Source: Eledone cirrhosa
Lineage: Eukaryota
NCBI GenBank assembly: GCA_964016885.1
Contig: OZ024742.1
Coordinates: 324,074,001 to 324,138,000, forward strand
Direction: 5' to 3'
DNA length: 64,000 nt
The notes under the pieces were generated by a model that was given only the letters and a program-made list of their open reading frames with translations, was not told the origin of the DNA and made no database searches. The position numbers were made by a program, and so were the translations under genes. Shown here in pieces: positions 38,752 to 51,775 of the stretch (position 1 is the first letter of the stretch; each line of letters starts with the position of its first letter).

Positions 38752-39071
38752 TTAACTGATATATTTGAACTAGTGTCTTTATTTTGGTTATAATCACAAC
38801 TGTTTCATCCATTACACACTCTGGCCTTCTGCTGCTGCTTGTCATTTCAGTAATGTTTTTACCATTTCCAACTGAAACTCTTTATACAAACCATGGGATA
38901 GGGATAGATTATCTTTCTTATTCCCTTCTTCAGACTTGGGGTATCCTTGTATTAGGTATTTAATTAACTCTGATGTTTGTTTCATTACTATATTTCTACT
39001 GAAAGACTCTGCTTATGGTTTTCAAATGATTTAACAAATATTCAAGAATTTGGAAAGAATTAGTAATTATA

Positions 39072-40009
39072 CAAGGCTGCTCAGTTGTTTGAGGACATTT
39101 GCATGAATTTAGCAAATACACAAAAGTCATGAGAAAAAATTGACATGAAAAATCTTGAGACTCTTCTTGATGCATCTACTCAATGAATTTACCATTAGCA
39201 TTGATGACTGCTTCAATATGATATCTGAAACATTGACATGCTCAAATCAAATGATTGTTATCTAGTTTGGACATTGTGCTAGTTATGGTGAACTTCAGAG
39301 ATTTTATAGTGTTATGGGGGTGCTGGTTGACTTTCCTCTTAACTATGCTCCAAATGTAGTTGTCAAAAATAGATTCAGGTCTTGGTGATGTGATCATAGA
39401 GATTATAACTCATCCATCCTTGGGTTGTCTTGGCCTGTAAGATGGTAGGTGTACAGTCTTTCTTTGCTCATGATATCTATCCAAGGCCTCACAATCCTAT
39501 CCAACACCTCCTTACAGTCAGCAGCATTGACCCTTAAGCCCTGAGGAAAAAGTGAGGCAGCATGATATCTCCCTTGTTCACAACTCCAAGAACCATCACA
39601 GTTGCCGGAATTGTGTGCATAACTGTTGGAACGTCTTTAGAGAAAATCCAAAGCATTTCAGATTCTTAATGTTTCAACTTGCTCAACAAGCACTTTGTGT
39701 GGATCAAACAGTTATTGTTTGTCTTCACAGACATGAATTGGCTTCTCCACATCACATGATCTGTATTGAAGGTACTCATGCACAATTTATTTGATAGTGT
39801 GCCTTGACACCTTGAGCTCCTTAGCAATGGTGCTAATTGACTTTTGGGGTTCTCATTAATCATTTTCTGCACCTTTTGTACAAATTTGGGTGTTCTAATG
39901 GTATTAGGAATCCTTAGAAGGCATTTATTTGAGATGAAATGATAATCAGAACAAGTTAGAAAAAAGTTAGAGCTATTAAAATATGTCTTTAAAGAACTGA
40001 GCAACCCTG
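39072..40009 (-). mobile_element. Decayed Tc1/mariner-superfamily DNA transposon
   Basis: TA-flanked TIRs of about 30 bp (caaggctgctcagttgtttgaggaca and tgtctttaaagaactgagcaaccctg); transposase-like remnant (IRTPKFVQKVQKMINENP). It splits another MITE. Confidence 0.7.
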
Positions 40010-41125
40010 TAACTTTGATATTATTAAGCGTGTTGGACTATAACTTCAAGATTCTTATATAGAATTATGATGGAAGGTTTTTAGATAAATATGAATACTT
40101 TTAAAATACACAGTTTTGTATCATAGAATCTGGGATGGTTTTGTTAAAAAGGAGGACTGTGGTGGTGACATGAATATGCTTTTCAATCTAGTCAATGACT
40201 GATAGCCTTAGTAGTGCTGGTACCATGATAAGGTGCACCCTGTACACACTGTGTACTGGCTTGAGTTGGGTAGAGCTTCCAGCACTAGAAACCATGACAA
40301 AAAAGATTGTGAAGACTCTTCAGTCACAACAAAAGAAAAATGCAACAAGTACACACTCTAAGTTAGTTGATGATGGGAAGGGTATCCAGCTGTAGAAACC
40401 ATGCCAAAAAAGGGTTGAGAGGACTTTCAGTTGTTAAGGGCATATTAACCTCTCTTGTGTTGGTGACATGATAGAACTTATCCACTATACTCTGTTAATT
40501 GGTTAGTGATAGGAAGGGCATCCAGCCATAGAAAGCTTGCCAAACAGGCTAGAAAGGAGACTTCAGTTGTGTCAAGGATGTGACAACCTCTCTAGTGCTG
40601 ATGCCAAAATAAAATGCATGGTACACTCTGTAAATTGCAGGAATAGATATAGACTACATCCCAAAGTAGAATAGATATAGACTACATCCCAAAGTGAAAT
40701 CATTTAGCAAAAATATAATTGGTCAAGGGTGGGAAAACTTTTGGGAAGAATCTAGAAATAAGCTCCCAAATTTCAATTTTCCACTTTCTCAACTAGATCT
40801 GTCAGCATTTAAAACATATCAGACACTGAGCAATGTTAATAAAAAGGGACTGTCCTAGCTTCGAACTGGATACAATTGAACTGTCAACTATAGACAAAAT
40901 ACACACTAACTCAGGAATTGAATTCATGACAAGCAGCTTGACTAGTGTACTTAATATTTAACCAAAATTTATACTTGACTATGTTAGTAAGTATAGTTTC
41001 CCAAGTGACTTCGTCTTTTGTTTTATTTTGTACATGCCATATGATTTGTCTGTGATAAACGTGAGAGTTTTCAATATGTTTTTATAAATTGGTTAAAAAA
41101 CCCCCAAAATATTGGTTTATTTCAG

Positions 41126-41244
41126 ACGTAACTTGGAATTTTTCCAAAGCAGCCATTTGTCTGTGATGAACTCTATTGATCCAGATACTGGGAATGGCGA
41201 AATACTTATCAAATTGCCACCAGAAGCTCTTAGTTTAGTCCAAG
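41126..41244 (+). CDS. TAF2: TAF2 coding exon 5
   Basis: RNLEFFQSSHLSVMNSIDPDTGNGEILIKLPPEALSLVQ; conserved DPD.GNGE; AG/GT boundaries in phase. Confidence 0.93.
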
Positions 41245-41743
41245 GTTAGTAAAGAGTGCATAATACAGTTTGAGTCAACTTTTTTCTATTTTCACCATCA
41301 CTACCACCACATCATCACCATCACCACATCATCACTATCATCACTATCACCACATCACTATCATCATCAACATAAGTCTTAAGACAACAGCCATAAGATT
41401 GATAAAATAAGTACTGGCGTTGATAATATCAACTAAATTCCATTAAGGTGGTGCCCCAGCATGGCTGCAGTCTAATGACGAAAGATTAAAAGAATTTTAA
41501 CTCAATTTACCACAAAATATCTAAAAAAATGTTAGTTAAAATGGTTTTAGGATCAGATCATTGTAAAAATTTATAGCATTAGATAGGGTAAAGGACTTTA
41601 ATTTTTAATGTATTAGAGTCATAATGTTATTTTGTACTTTTCAAGAATGTCTTGCTATTGTGGCTTCATGTGGTACATGTGATAAGAATTAAACCATATT
41701 TTTATAAATTTTACAACAGTAGTTGTTTTCATTTTTTTTCCAG

Positions 41744-41885
41744 AGCTAAAACCTATCCGAATCTGTGTAGAATTTTCCATAGAAAAGCCGCATGCTGGTA
41801 TCCATTTTGTGGTACCAGACATGGAAGGAAATTTAGCTGAAAAGGCAGCTCACATGTTCACATATGGAACTGAGAATTCTTCAAG
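41744..41885 (+). CDS. TAF2: TAF2 coding exon 6
   Basis: (E)[46 protein letters not shown](R); AG/GT boundaries. Confidence 0.94.
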
Positions 41886-41919
41886 GTAAATTTGTTTATT
41901 TTTTGGGTATATGCAATAG

Positions 41920-42256
41920 TGTAGCAGAATATATATCCTTTGTAATTAAATGTATTTTCCTTTGGCGGAAGAAAAATGTTACGGAAGTAAATTGGCTGAA
42001 GTGTGAGCCAATCAAAACCTTCGGCGTAGCGATACAAGTAACTGGACTACTTAGACCAGAGAACGGAAGTTAAGACAGAAGACGAGTCTCCAGAAAAATC
42101 TGCTATTGTCAAAACGTTGATTCTTCGATACGCCATATCCTGTCGTAACTCACACCTGGAAATACAGGCAAAATGAATTTCACAGTGTGAAGCAAGAATA
42201 AATGAAGTACATACTTGTAATGCCTTCTGATCTAACGACTTACATTCTTCATTATA
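41920..42256 (+). repeat. 5' LTR
   Basis: Starts TGTAG, ends ATTATA; AATAAA at 42197-42202; direct repeat of 46578-46917. Confidence 0.93.
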
Positions 42257-43249
42257 AATGGTGACCTGCGACTTGAACGAACACGCAACAAATCATATTC
42301 GCAAACCGACAAGAAACAAACAAGCATTTTTGTACAACAAATATAAAAGAAAGAAAGAACACTGTCACAAAGAAAAAAACTGAACGTTTTGTTGTTTAGA
42401 ACAATTATTTCATTATCATTATATTTATCATTTGCCTGCATGCACAAACACATTTTGTATCGACATGTATTACATCGAAATGCATTATTAACAAAAAAAA
42501 AAAAATCATCAGTAAATTATTCCATCGTGCGTTATAATTTTTTTTTTCACTGCGTCTCAAGATTTGTATTTTGCACATAAATCCTCCTGGATTCTGATTG
42601 GGTGACGCAATCTTCAAAAATTTGCTTGTATTCCGGAGCGTTACGAATAGCCATTATACGTCTTCTGTGTTTGTTTGCCAGCCAATTTGATTTAAAGGCA
42701 ACGCCTTTTTGAAAAATATAAGAACATTTTTTTTTTTTATTCTTAACATTTTCCTCTCTGCCGCCCGGTGTTCAGGCGATTTTAGCACCTATGATGGAGA
42801 CTGCTACAGTCGACCAGCTAGCGGCTTCGGCCGACAAAATTATAAGTTTCACTGGAAACCCTGCCTCCTACGTTGCACCTCAGCCACCGGCTACAGTCTT
42901 CGTTCTCTCCTGCCTCCTTCGTTGCACCTCAGCCACCGGCTGCGGTCTCTTCGTTCTCTCCACACCGATCACTCACTTGCATCTGTGGCAATACTTCAAG
43001 CCTAGAGCAACTCACCAAAGAGGTGAGAAAATTGAGTACCTCCAGGGCTCAATTGCCCAGACGTCGCTTCCAGAGCCGTTCGCCCTCGCCACGCTGCCGC
43101 CACACAAGCAAGCCAGGAATGTGCTACTACCACAGCCGTTTTGGCACGGCGGCACACTCTTGTAAACAGCCCTGTTCGTTTTCCATCCAGGGAAACGGAT
43201 ATCAGGAGACCTGAGCACGGCACAGTCTCCTCTGACACTCCCAAATAAT

Positions 43250-46145
43250 CGTGCGTTCTTTATAACTGACACGTTTTCCCAAGCTCGATGTCTAGTGGAT
43301 ACAGGTGCTGCTTGCAGCATATGGCCGCTAAAACTTTTCAAAGAGAAGCCGCCAGTTTCATCCATTTCTCTGCAAGCCGTAAATCATTCTCCTATCTCCA
43401 CGTATGGTCAAATTTCTCGTTCTTTAAACCTGGAATTGCGAAGAGACTTCACGTGGATTTGCCTTACCCTATTCTAGGCTTGGATTTCCTGCACCACTAT
43501 AACCTCTTAGTGGATATGTGCAGACGCCGGTTGTTGGATGCTAATACGGAAGTCTCTGTTCCGGGTTTGAAATCTACTGTCTCATCTATCAGCCCGGTAT
43601 TCTTCATCGCCGCTTCAGAGGACGCTTTCCAGTCGCTTCTAAATTCCTCCCCGGAATTGACAAATTTGAATTTTGTGGTGAGCAAGCCTACTCACTCCAC
43701 AAAACATTATATCGAAACTTCTGGCGCTCCTGTGTTTTCTTGCCCTCGCCGCCTCCCTGCAGAGAAATTGAAAGCAGCGAAGGCTGAATTTAACCACATG
43801 CTACAGCTGGGGATCATACGCCCATCCTCAAGTCCGTGGGCCGCTCCTTTGCATTTGGTTCCGAAGTGTTCCGATGATTGGCGTCCCACTGGGGACTTTC
43901 GCCGGTTAAACGCAATGACGGTACCCGATCGCTACCCGATCCCACACATACAAGATTTCGCGTCTTCGCTTCATGGATGTAAGTCATTCTCCAAATTGGA
44001 TTTGGTCAAGGCTTACCACCAGATTCCAATGAACCCGGCAGATATACCTAAAACTGCCGTAACAACTCCTTTCGGAGCGTCCAAATTTCTGACTATGCCT
44101 TTCGGTTTGCGAAACGCAGCCCAACGTTTCATGGATGAAGTTGTGCGCGATTTGGACTTCGTGTATAACTACATTGATGACGTGGCAAGTGCCTCACCCG
44201 ACGAACATGTCACTCACCTCCGTCTACTGTTTGAGCGGTTTCAGCAGTATCAAGTGCGAATTAACCCGGCGAAATGTGTTTTCGATGCGTCTTCACTTGT
44301 TTTCTTGGGCCATGTCATCAGCCCAGAGGGAATATCACCACTACCTGACAAAGTGAAAGCTCTGCAAGACCTTCAACCACCCACTTCACTTCGCTAGCTA
44401 CGACATTTCCTTGGTCTGCTGAACTACTACAGACGTTTTATCCCACACTGTGTGGATGTCCTGTCTCCTTTATCCGACCTGTTACGTAACAGGAAAAGGA
44501 AAAATGAATCCATCACACTGGACACGAGTCAGCTAAAAGCCTTCAACGAAGTGAAGCAGAAACTCGCGGAGACATTACTGCTTGCACATCCTGTGTCTGG
44601 TGTCCAGTTTTTACTGGTCGTTGATGCATCGGGCACAGCTGTAGGTGCAGTTTTGCAACAGCATCACCAACAATAATTACAACCTCTCGCGTACTTCTCG
44701 AGACAACTGAAACCTGCAGAAACACGATATAGCACGTTCGGCCGTGAACTCCTGGCTATGTACCTCGCAGTGAAACACTTTCGCCATTCACTGGAGGGTT
44801 GTCTATTTGCGATCTACACCGATCATCGTCCGCTTACGTTCGCACTGCGTTCTAAGCCGGATAAATATTCACCTCGCGAAACTCGTCATTTGGACTTCGT
44901 TTCGCAATTTACCAGCGATATCCGACACATCTCCGGTGAGCAGAATGCGGTGGCAGATGCCTTGTCTCGCCTCCCAATCAATTCCCTCTCATCACCTTCG
45001 GATATTGACCTTCAACGGATGGCCGCAGAACAGCCACCCCCGGACACCTTGGATCTTTCGTCTCCTGAATTTGCAACTGGCAAATTTTCATATCAACCTG
45101 TGCCCACTTCGGACACACAGATTATTTGTGACACCTCGATGGATTCACCTCGTCCTCTAGTTCCAGTGACTCATCGTCGTGCAGTTTTCGAGACCTTGCA
45201 CGGTCTAGCACACCCTGGAATATCGACCACAGTGAAGCTCATTTCGGCTAGATCCTTCTGGCCGAATATGAGGCATGACATCACTACCTGGACACGTTCC
45301 TGCTTGTCCTGCCAGAAGTCAAAGGTGCACAAACACATCCGCGCACCCCTCGGAACTTTCAGCACTCCAGACGCTCGGTTCAGTCTTGTCCATATAGATC
45401 TCGTTGGACCATGGCCGGTCAGCCGAGGATTTACCTATCTCCTGACCTGTATTGATCGCTTCACACGTTGGCCTGAAGCCATTCCTTTAAGTGACATTTC
45501 GGCGGAATCTGTAGCGCGAGCTCTAATATCGGGTTGGATATCGCGTTACGGAGTTCCAACCACTGTCACCACGGACCGTGGTGGACAGTTTGTGTCCCAT
45601 CTCTTTCGAGAACTTTCAAGGATCCTGGGAATTAAGCGCATCTGAACGACTAGCTACCATCCAGCTTCAAACGGAATGATAGAGCGCTTCCACCGCCAAT
45701 TGAAAGCCGCATTGTGCGCTTATCCGGATCAACAGCAATGGAGCGAGTATGTACCAATTGTCCTTCTTGGTTGTCATGCAGCTATCAAGGAGGATCTAGG
45801 ATACTCCCCAGCTGAACTGGTTTACGGAGTACCTATATCTTTGCCGGGTCAGATGTTGACCCCAATGGATTTACCTGAAACAGATCCAGCTCTGTATGTG
45901 AACAGACTGCGATCTTATTTTAACAATCTTCCGCCTATGAACCCTCGGCAACAGACAATAAAGTCTTCGGTCCCGAAAGACATTGCTTCATGGACCCACG
46001 TCTTTCTACGGAAGGATGCCGTGAGAGCTCCTCTCACGTCACCTTATACCGGTCCTTATCGTGTGCTTGCACGCACAGATAAACTGTTCACTCTGGACAT
46101 TGGTGGTAAAAAAGAGACTGTATCCATCGATAGGGTGAAACGGGC
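43250..46145 (+). pseudogene. Gypsy pol pseudogene (protease, RT, RNase H, integrase)
   Basis: LVDTGA protease motif; RT motifs [28 protein letters not shown]; RNase H DAS and YTDH; integrase HHCC and DDE (HIDLVGP, TDRG, NGMIERFH) and GPY/F. Interrupted by frameshifts and stops at 44397 and 45645. Confidence 0.92.
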
Positions 46146-46577
46146 CCCATATTCTCCCTACATATACTCTGCATCAGCCAACACACACTACACATGCAAC
46201 ATTGCACACACCTTCTACACCTACACCTACATATGTCACCACCACATGTCGTGGTCGCCGAGTACATTGGCCCAAGAACCTTTGCAAGACTATATATATG
46301 AACTATGCTATATAGAGCAAGCTTTTTGAGTTCTTGTCCTCTCTTGTATTTATATTAAATACATTAATTAATGTGAACTTTGGACTATTTCTGCTGCTCA
46401 GTTTTTTTTTATTTTCCTTTTTTTCTCTGAAGCAAAACGCAGACATTCCTGTGAAATGAATATTTAGTTTTCTGTGAATTGATATTGTTTATTATATATT
46501 TACTGTTATATATATTTTTTTTCTTGCAACTGCTACACTTTTTTTCTCTGTCCGCTTTAAGCCTAAGCAGGGGGTGA

Positions 46578-46917
46578 TGTAGCAGTAATATATATCCTTT
46601 GTAATTAAATGTATTTTCCTTCGGCAGAAGTAAGTTGGCTGAAGTGTGAGCCAATCAAAACCTTCGGCATAGCGATACAAGTAACTGGACTACTTAGACC
46701 AGAGAACGGAAGTTAAGACAGAAGACGAGTCTCCAGAAAAATCTGCTATCGTCAAAACGTTGATTCTTCGATACGCCATATCCTGTCGTATCTCACACCT
46801 GGAAATACAGGCAAAATGAATTTCACAGTGTGAAGCAAGAATAAATGAAGTACATACTTGTAATGGAGTTTGTCTATTTAATGCCTTCTGATCTAATGAT
46901 TTACATTCTTCATTATA
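46578..46917 (+). repeat. 3' LTR
   Basis: Follows the polypurine tract; followed by the ATAG duplication. Confidence 0.93.
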
Positions 46918-47728
46918 ATAGTACGCATCTAGATAACATTAATGTTGTCAGTAAAGATGCTACCTATGTCTAACAGAGAAATACCAAAGTATAACCGTTA
47001 CCATATTTACTATTGTAGTGATACATTAGTTGGCATAGAAAAATAGAGTTGTTTAGAGAATAAATAATGTAGAGATGCCATTTGCATGAATAAAATTGTT
47101 TAACCCTTTAGCATTTAAACTGGCCGTATCTGACCAGAATTCTCTCAACTCTTTCTGTTCAAACTGGCTGTAACCAGCGACTCATACTGATGTTAAGGTA
47201 TTGTTCTCAAAATAAATAATATCAAAATATCATAGATTTGATATAATTGTTTCTACTTTTGCCACAAGGCCAGCAATTACCTCAGGGTATTACTGGTACT
47301 TTATTTTATCGACCCCATAAGGATGAAAGGCAAAGTTAACCTTGGCGGGATTTGAACTCAGATCATAAAGAGCCGTAACTCTTTGCTGCAAAGCATGGCG
47401 TCCGACTCTCTACCGATACTGCTAATGTGAGATAATTATGTGAGGTAAAGCTTTTACCGTGAAAATATAGGAGTAGATATAGAGTAATGTAAATGCTAAA
47501 GGGTTAATATTGTTTTTTTTCCTCACTGCATAATTAGTTCTAGTCAGCTTTTTCATGTTCACTACATTAAATATGCCAGCACTAACTTAACTAATGTTTT
47601 TTCATGTGTAGAGTGTCATTAATTTAGTTATTCTCATATAAGTTCATTTCCAGTTACAGATATTATGTGCCTCCAAGATTACCAATAAACATATTACCAT
47701 CATCTGCTATTGTAATTTCTCTTTCTAG

Positions 47729-47923
47729 GTTGTGGTTCCCTTGCATTGACAGCTATAGCGAACCGTGTACTTGGAAACTGGAATTCACAGTTGATCGCCT
47801 TCTAACTGCTGTGTCTTGTGGAGACTTAATAGAAATTGTAGCTACAAGTGATCGCAAGTGCAAGACATTTCATTACTTCTTGTCAACACCTACATCTGCT
47901 CCAAATATAGCACTGGCTGTAGG
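47729..47923 (+). CDS. TAF2: TAF2 coding exon 7
   Basis: [64 protein letters not shown](G); the WFPC.D motif of the M1-aminopeptidase-like fold. Confidence 0.96.
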
Positions 47924-48623
47924 GTAAGTGACTACAAGGTTTTTTGAGGACTCTTCCATCTAGATGAACATGTGACAACCTCTCTAGTCTTGGTGTCATG
48001 ATAAACTGTACCCAGTACATTCTGTTAAGCAGTAGTTATGATGCCATGAAAAAATGCACCCATTACATCCTGTATGGTAATTGGCATTGGGAAAGGCATA
48101 CAGCCAAAGAAATCATGCCAAATATGGAATGTATGATCTTTTGAATCATCTGGTCTCAGATTGTGACAACCTTGTTCAACCCATGCCAGCTTGGAAAGAG
48201 GATGTAAAATGATGATGATGATATAATGTTTGCTAATTAGGTGGGCATAGGCTAAGAAGGATGCATTGTAACCATGTGGTTTTGGGTTCTACCTCATTGG
48301 GTTCTACCTCATTCTATTCATTTCCACATGTTTGGAGTTCTTATCAGAAAAATATGTCTGCAATAAAAACAGAATGACGATGGTTGATGGAATGATTTTT
48401 CAATTGGATTCTTCTCTACTTAAGACTACTTAATTCTTTAAACACAGAATTGCCTCTATTAAAGTGACCAAATATAAATTCAAATTTTGAACTGAAATCT
48501 CATTACATGACAAATAATATTAGATTTCAGTAGATAAATGCTGGAAGTGGCCTTTCATTTGTTGGTATTATAGCTTCTTTCATCTTATTGTCATTAATAT
48601 TAAAACTATTTCTTGTGTTTCAG

Positions 48624-48726
48624 TCCTTTTGAAATTCTGGTAGACCCCAATATGCATGAAGTTACTCATTTCTGTCTTCCACATTTACGTACCATTATGA
48701 AGAACACAACTGCCTTCATTCATGAA
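48624..48726 (+). CDS. TAF2: TAF2 coding exon 8
   Basis: PFEILVDPNMHEVTHFCLPHLRTIMKNTTAFIHE; AG/GT boundaries. Confidence 0.95.
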
Positions 48727-49817
48727 GTAAGTCTGTTAAATTGAGTCTCTCTAGCAATTTTTCTGTTGCTATTTCTTTTTGATCATCTTTTTTAATGGCC
48801 TTAGAGCAGGAAGGGTAGCACTTGAGACCCTTTTCTAGAACCTTCTAGACTGACAGTGGAAGGTAGTTATCCTTAGACTGAATTGAGGCCCGTTGCCTAG
48901 ATGGGGTATTGGATAGCACTTCCCCCTTCTTTTCAATGGTGTCTCCTCAAATTTAGAAAATAGATTTTATAAAAAATGCTATGAAATATGTTCTTGACTT
49001 TTACTCAAAATAAGAGCAAAGAACAAAAATGATTTAAAAAAAAACAACAAAACAAAAAGTTAAAGAAGCTGGTAAAAGAATTTCCTAGGGAATAAAGATA
49101 TCTACCCAGAATATTCTGAAGCTACCCCCTCCCCCCATCCCTAGCACCAATGCCTAGAGATAGGCTAGGCTTCAATGCATTCAACAAAGACTTAAATTGA
49201 TTGATAGGAGAAAAGAAGACATGGCATGAATGTTTGAAAAATTAGATTCTGCTAAATATACCTGAGGGTCAGCTGGTGGTTTAAAATCATTTTAAACTTT
49301 GTGACCAATCCTGTTTTGATCCAATAAAAAAAGTAAGTTTGTTCCAAGCCCAAAGGTTCATCAGGCTGGAGTTTATCCTGGTTTCATTGGCTTTAATTGA
49401 CTGAGAGTACAAGAAACTCTTCTGGACAAAATGCCAGTCCATTGCAGAGTTAACCCCCAGTTGCTCTAATACTCATTTCCAGCTGAGTACTGCAACAATA
49501 TGAAATGAAGTGTTTTGCTTGAGAACACAATGCATTACCTGGTCCAGGAATTGAACCCATGACATTATCAGAGATCATATTTTTTGGTACTGCTACAGGA
49601 TAAATGGCAAAGTAGACTATAGCAGGATTTGAACTCTAGTATTTTTAATCTTCTGGATGCTCAGGTGCATTATGTCGCCAATAGAGTAATCTCCCCTTAA
49701 TACATAATGCTGTGTCGAGGGAAGCAATTCATAAACATTTCTAGCGTGCTAAAGGTTAATTAAATACTCTTTTATCTTCAGTACATTCATAACTTTAAAT
49801 CCATCATTATTTCACAG

Positions 49818-49936
49818 GCTTTTGAATTTTTTGAAGAATTGATGTCAAGCAGATTTCCCTATTCTTGTTACAAGCAAGTATTTGTGGATGAATCCTTTAT
49901 GGAATGTGCTCCCTATGCCACCATGACGATATTTAG
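49818..49936 (+). CDS. TAF2: TAF2 coding exon 9
   Basis: [39 protein letters not shown](S). Confidence 0.95.
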
Positions 49937-50200
49937 GTAAATTGTTGTTGTTGTTGTTCTTGGTTGTTATATAGGGCCTGGTCAGCTTATATCAAAAGTA
50001 TTCCACACATTCCCTAAAAAAATGGTGTTTAACCCTTTAGCATTTAAATCGGAAATAATTCTGTTCAAACCGGACGTAACCAGCCACTCATACTGATATG
50101 AAGGTATTTTTCTCAAATAAATAATATCAAAATCTCATAGACTCAATATTATGTGAGAAAGCTTTTACCATGAAAATATAGAGTAATATAAATGCTAAAG

Positions 50201-50233
<33 letters not shown>

Positions 50234-50668
50234 AATATACAAGGGAGATAACTCCAATAAAATCAACTATTTGAAATTTTTTACAATAAAGATACTGCAG
50301 ATAAGGATGAGCCCATTTAAGTAAAGACATTTTTGAATTTGAGGCGCATCAGACTGATTTCATGTAACATTAAACAACAGAACGAACACCAAACTCCCTG
50401 TGGACAGGTGCTAGTTCATTGCAAGATTAATCCCCATCTGCTGTTAGTACTCATGTTTAGCTGAGTGGACAAAAGCAATGTGAAATGAAGAGCCATACTC
50501 AAGGACACAGCATGCCATCCAATCCCATGATTTTGCAATCTTGAGACCAACACTCTAACCATTAGGTCATATGCTTTCCAATTGACAGTGGGAACTGTTT
50601 TGTTGACAACACACATCTTGCATTTCAGTGACCAGAACACTAATTACAGAACTGCTTTCTGTTTTCAG

Positions 50669-50782
50669 TACATCACTTCTTCATTCCTCTCGTGTCATAG
50701 ACCAAACTTTGATATCTCGTCACCTTATGGCATTTGCTGTGGCACAACAGTTCTTTGGTAACTTCATTACAATACACTCATG
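50669..50782 (+). CDS. TAF2: TAF2 coding exon 10
   Basis: TSLLHSSRVIDQTLISRHLMAFAVAQQFFGNFITIHS(W). AVAQQFFG sits where active M1 peptidases have HEXXH, as expected for catalytically dead TAF2. Confidence 0.95.
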
Positions 50783-51342
50783 GTGAGTAGAAATTTATTT
50801 CCTTTTTTTTTTAATAATTCCAGCCATTATTTCCATACTGTCAAACAAATGGTTTTGGAGACCCTTTAACTGTATCAAAGTCATAACAATCTCTTTAGTG
50901 CACTTGGCAGAGCGCGAGAGCATATGTAAGCGAGACGCAGGCCCTCAACCCATCTATGAGGTCATTGGCTCTTCTTAAATACTGATACAGTCAGTGAAAA
51001 CTCATTCAACTCTTGCTAGCAGGAAGAATGATGATAATGCTGATAATGACGGTATATTTTTGTTTTATACTATATTTGTTTTAAACTGTTCATCTCATTC
51101 CAATGAAATACACTCTCTTATAATTTTCAATGGAATCAAATTTCTCCAACATGTAAAAATATTTAGAAAATATATAACGAAGTATCATCATCATTTTTAC
51201 GTCGACTTTTCTATGCTGACATAGGTTGGATGGGACTTTTTAAGGCAATGTTTTACTATCAGATGCTCTTTCTGACATCAACCATTTTAGTTGCTTCTTA
51301 TGACATGCATGGATACAGGAAAATACACAAGCATAAATAATA

Positions 51343-51535
51343 ATAATTGTTTCTACTTTTGGCACAAGGCCAGCAATTATCCAGTGCATTACTGGTACTT
51401 TATTTTATCGACCCCGTAAGGATGAAAGGCAAAGTTAACCTCGGCGGGATTTGAACTCAAACCATAAAGGGGCGTAACTCTTTGCTGCAAAGCATAGCGT
51501 CAGACCCTCTACCGATACTGCCAATCCACCGCCCA
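51343..51535 (-). mobile_element. tRNA-derived SINE, family B (other copies near 7195-7415, 21565-21780, 26110-26280, 26900-27120, 34460-34680, 47243-47425)
   Basis: tRNA-like head (tggcagtatcggtagag...gagttcaaatcccgcc); central ttaactttgcctttcatcc...gtcgataaaataaagtaccag segment resembling the conserved domain of MetaSINE-like families; (ATT)n tail. Confidence 0.75.
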
Positions 51536-51655
51536 GCATAAATAATAATAATGCACACCTGCCAACCTCTAAAAACCCAAACTGGGAGTACCATGAAAAA
51601 GTGCCCCAAAACGGAGAGAAATGAGGCAAAATGGGGAGATTTTACATATTGAAAG

Positions 51656-51775
51656 ATAATAATGAAATTATTGTGTACAGTGCTCAGGTGCACTACAACT
51701 CATCAAAGGTGCATATATAGTACATAGAATAATGTACAAATGTCAGGAAAATGAACAGTGTATGAGTCATGATAT
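51656..51775 (-). mobile_element. Short CR1 3'-end copy abutting the tail of a longer CR1
   Basis: About 120 bp of CR1 3' UTR with its own (ATT)n tail. Confidence 0.8.

Larger units (their letters stand above)
41920..46917 (+). mobile_element. Ty3/Gypsy LTR retrotransposon, CsRn1/Kabuki-like, defective, in TAF2 intron 6
   Basis: LTRs 41920-42256 and 46578-46917; ATAG target-site duplication; PBS tggtgacc (tRNA-Trp-like) at 42259; PPT near 46565-46577; gag CHCC motif CYYHSRFGTAAHSCKQPC; pol order PR-RT-RNaseH-IN. Confidence 0.95.

Noticed and set aside
41933-41941. ATATCCTTT (U12 AT-AC donor consensus) in both LTRs
   Set aside because: An AT-rich 9-mer is expected by chance here (it also occurs near 25802). 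No matching exon frame or branch point/AC acceptor was found.
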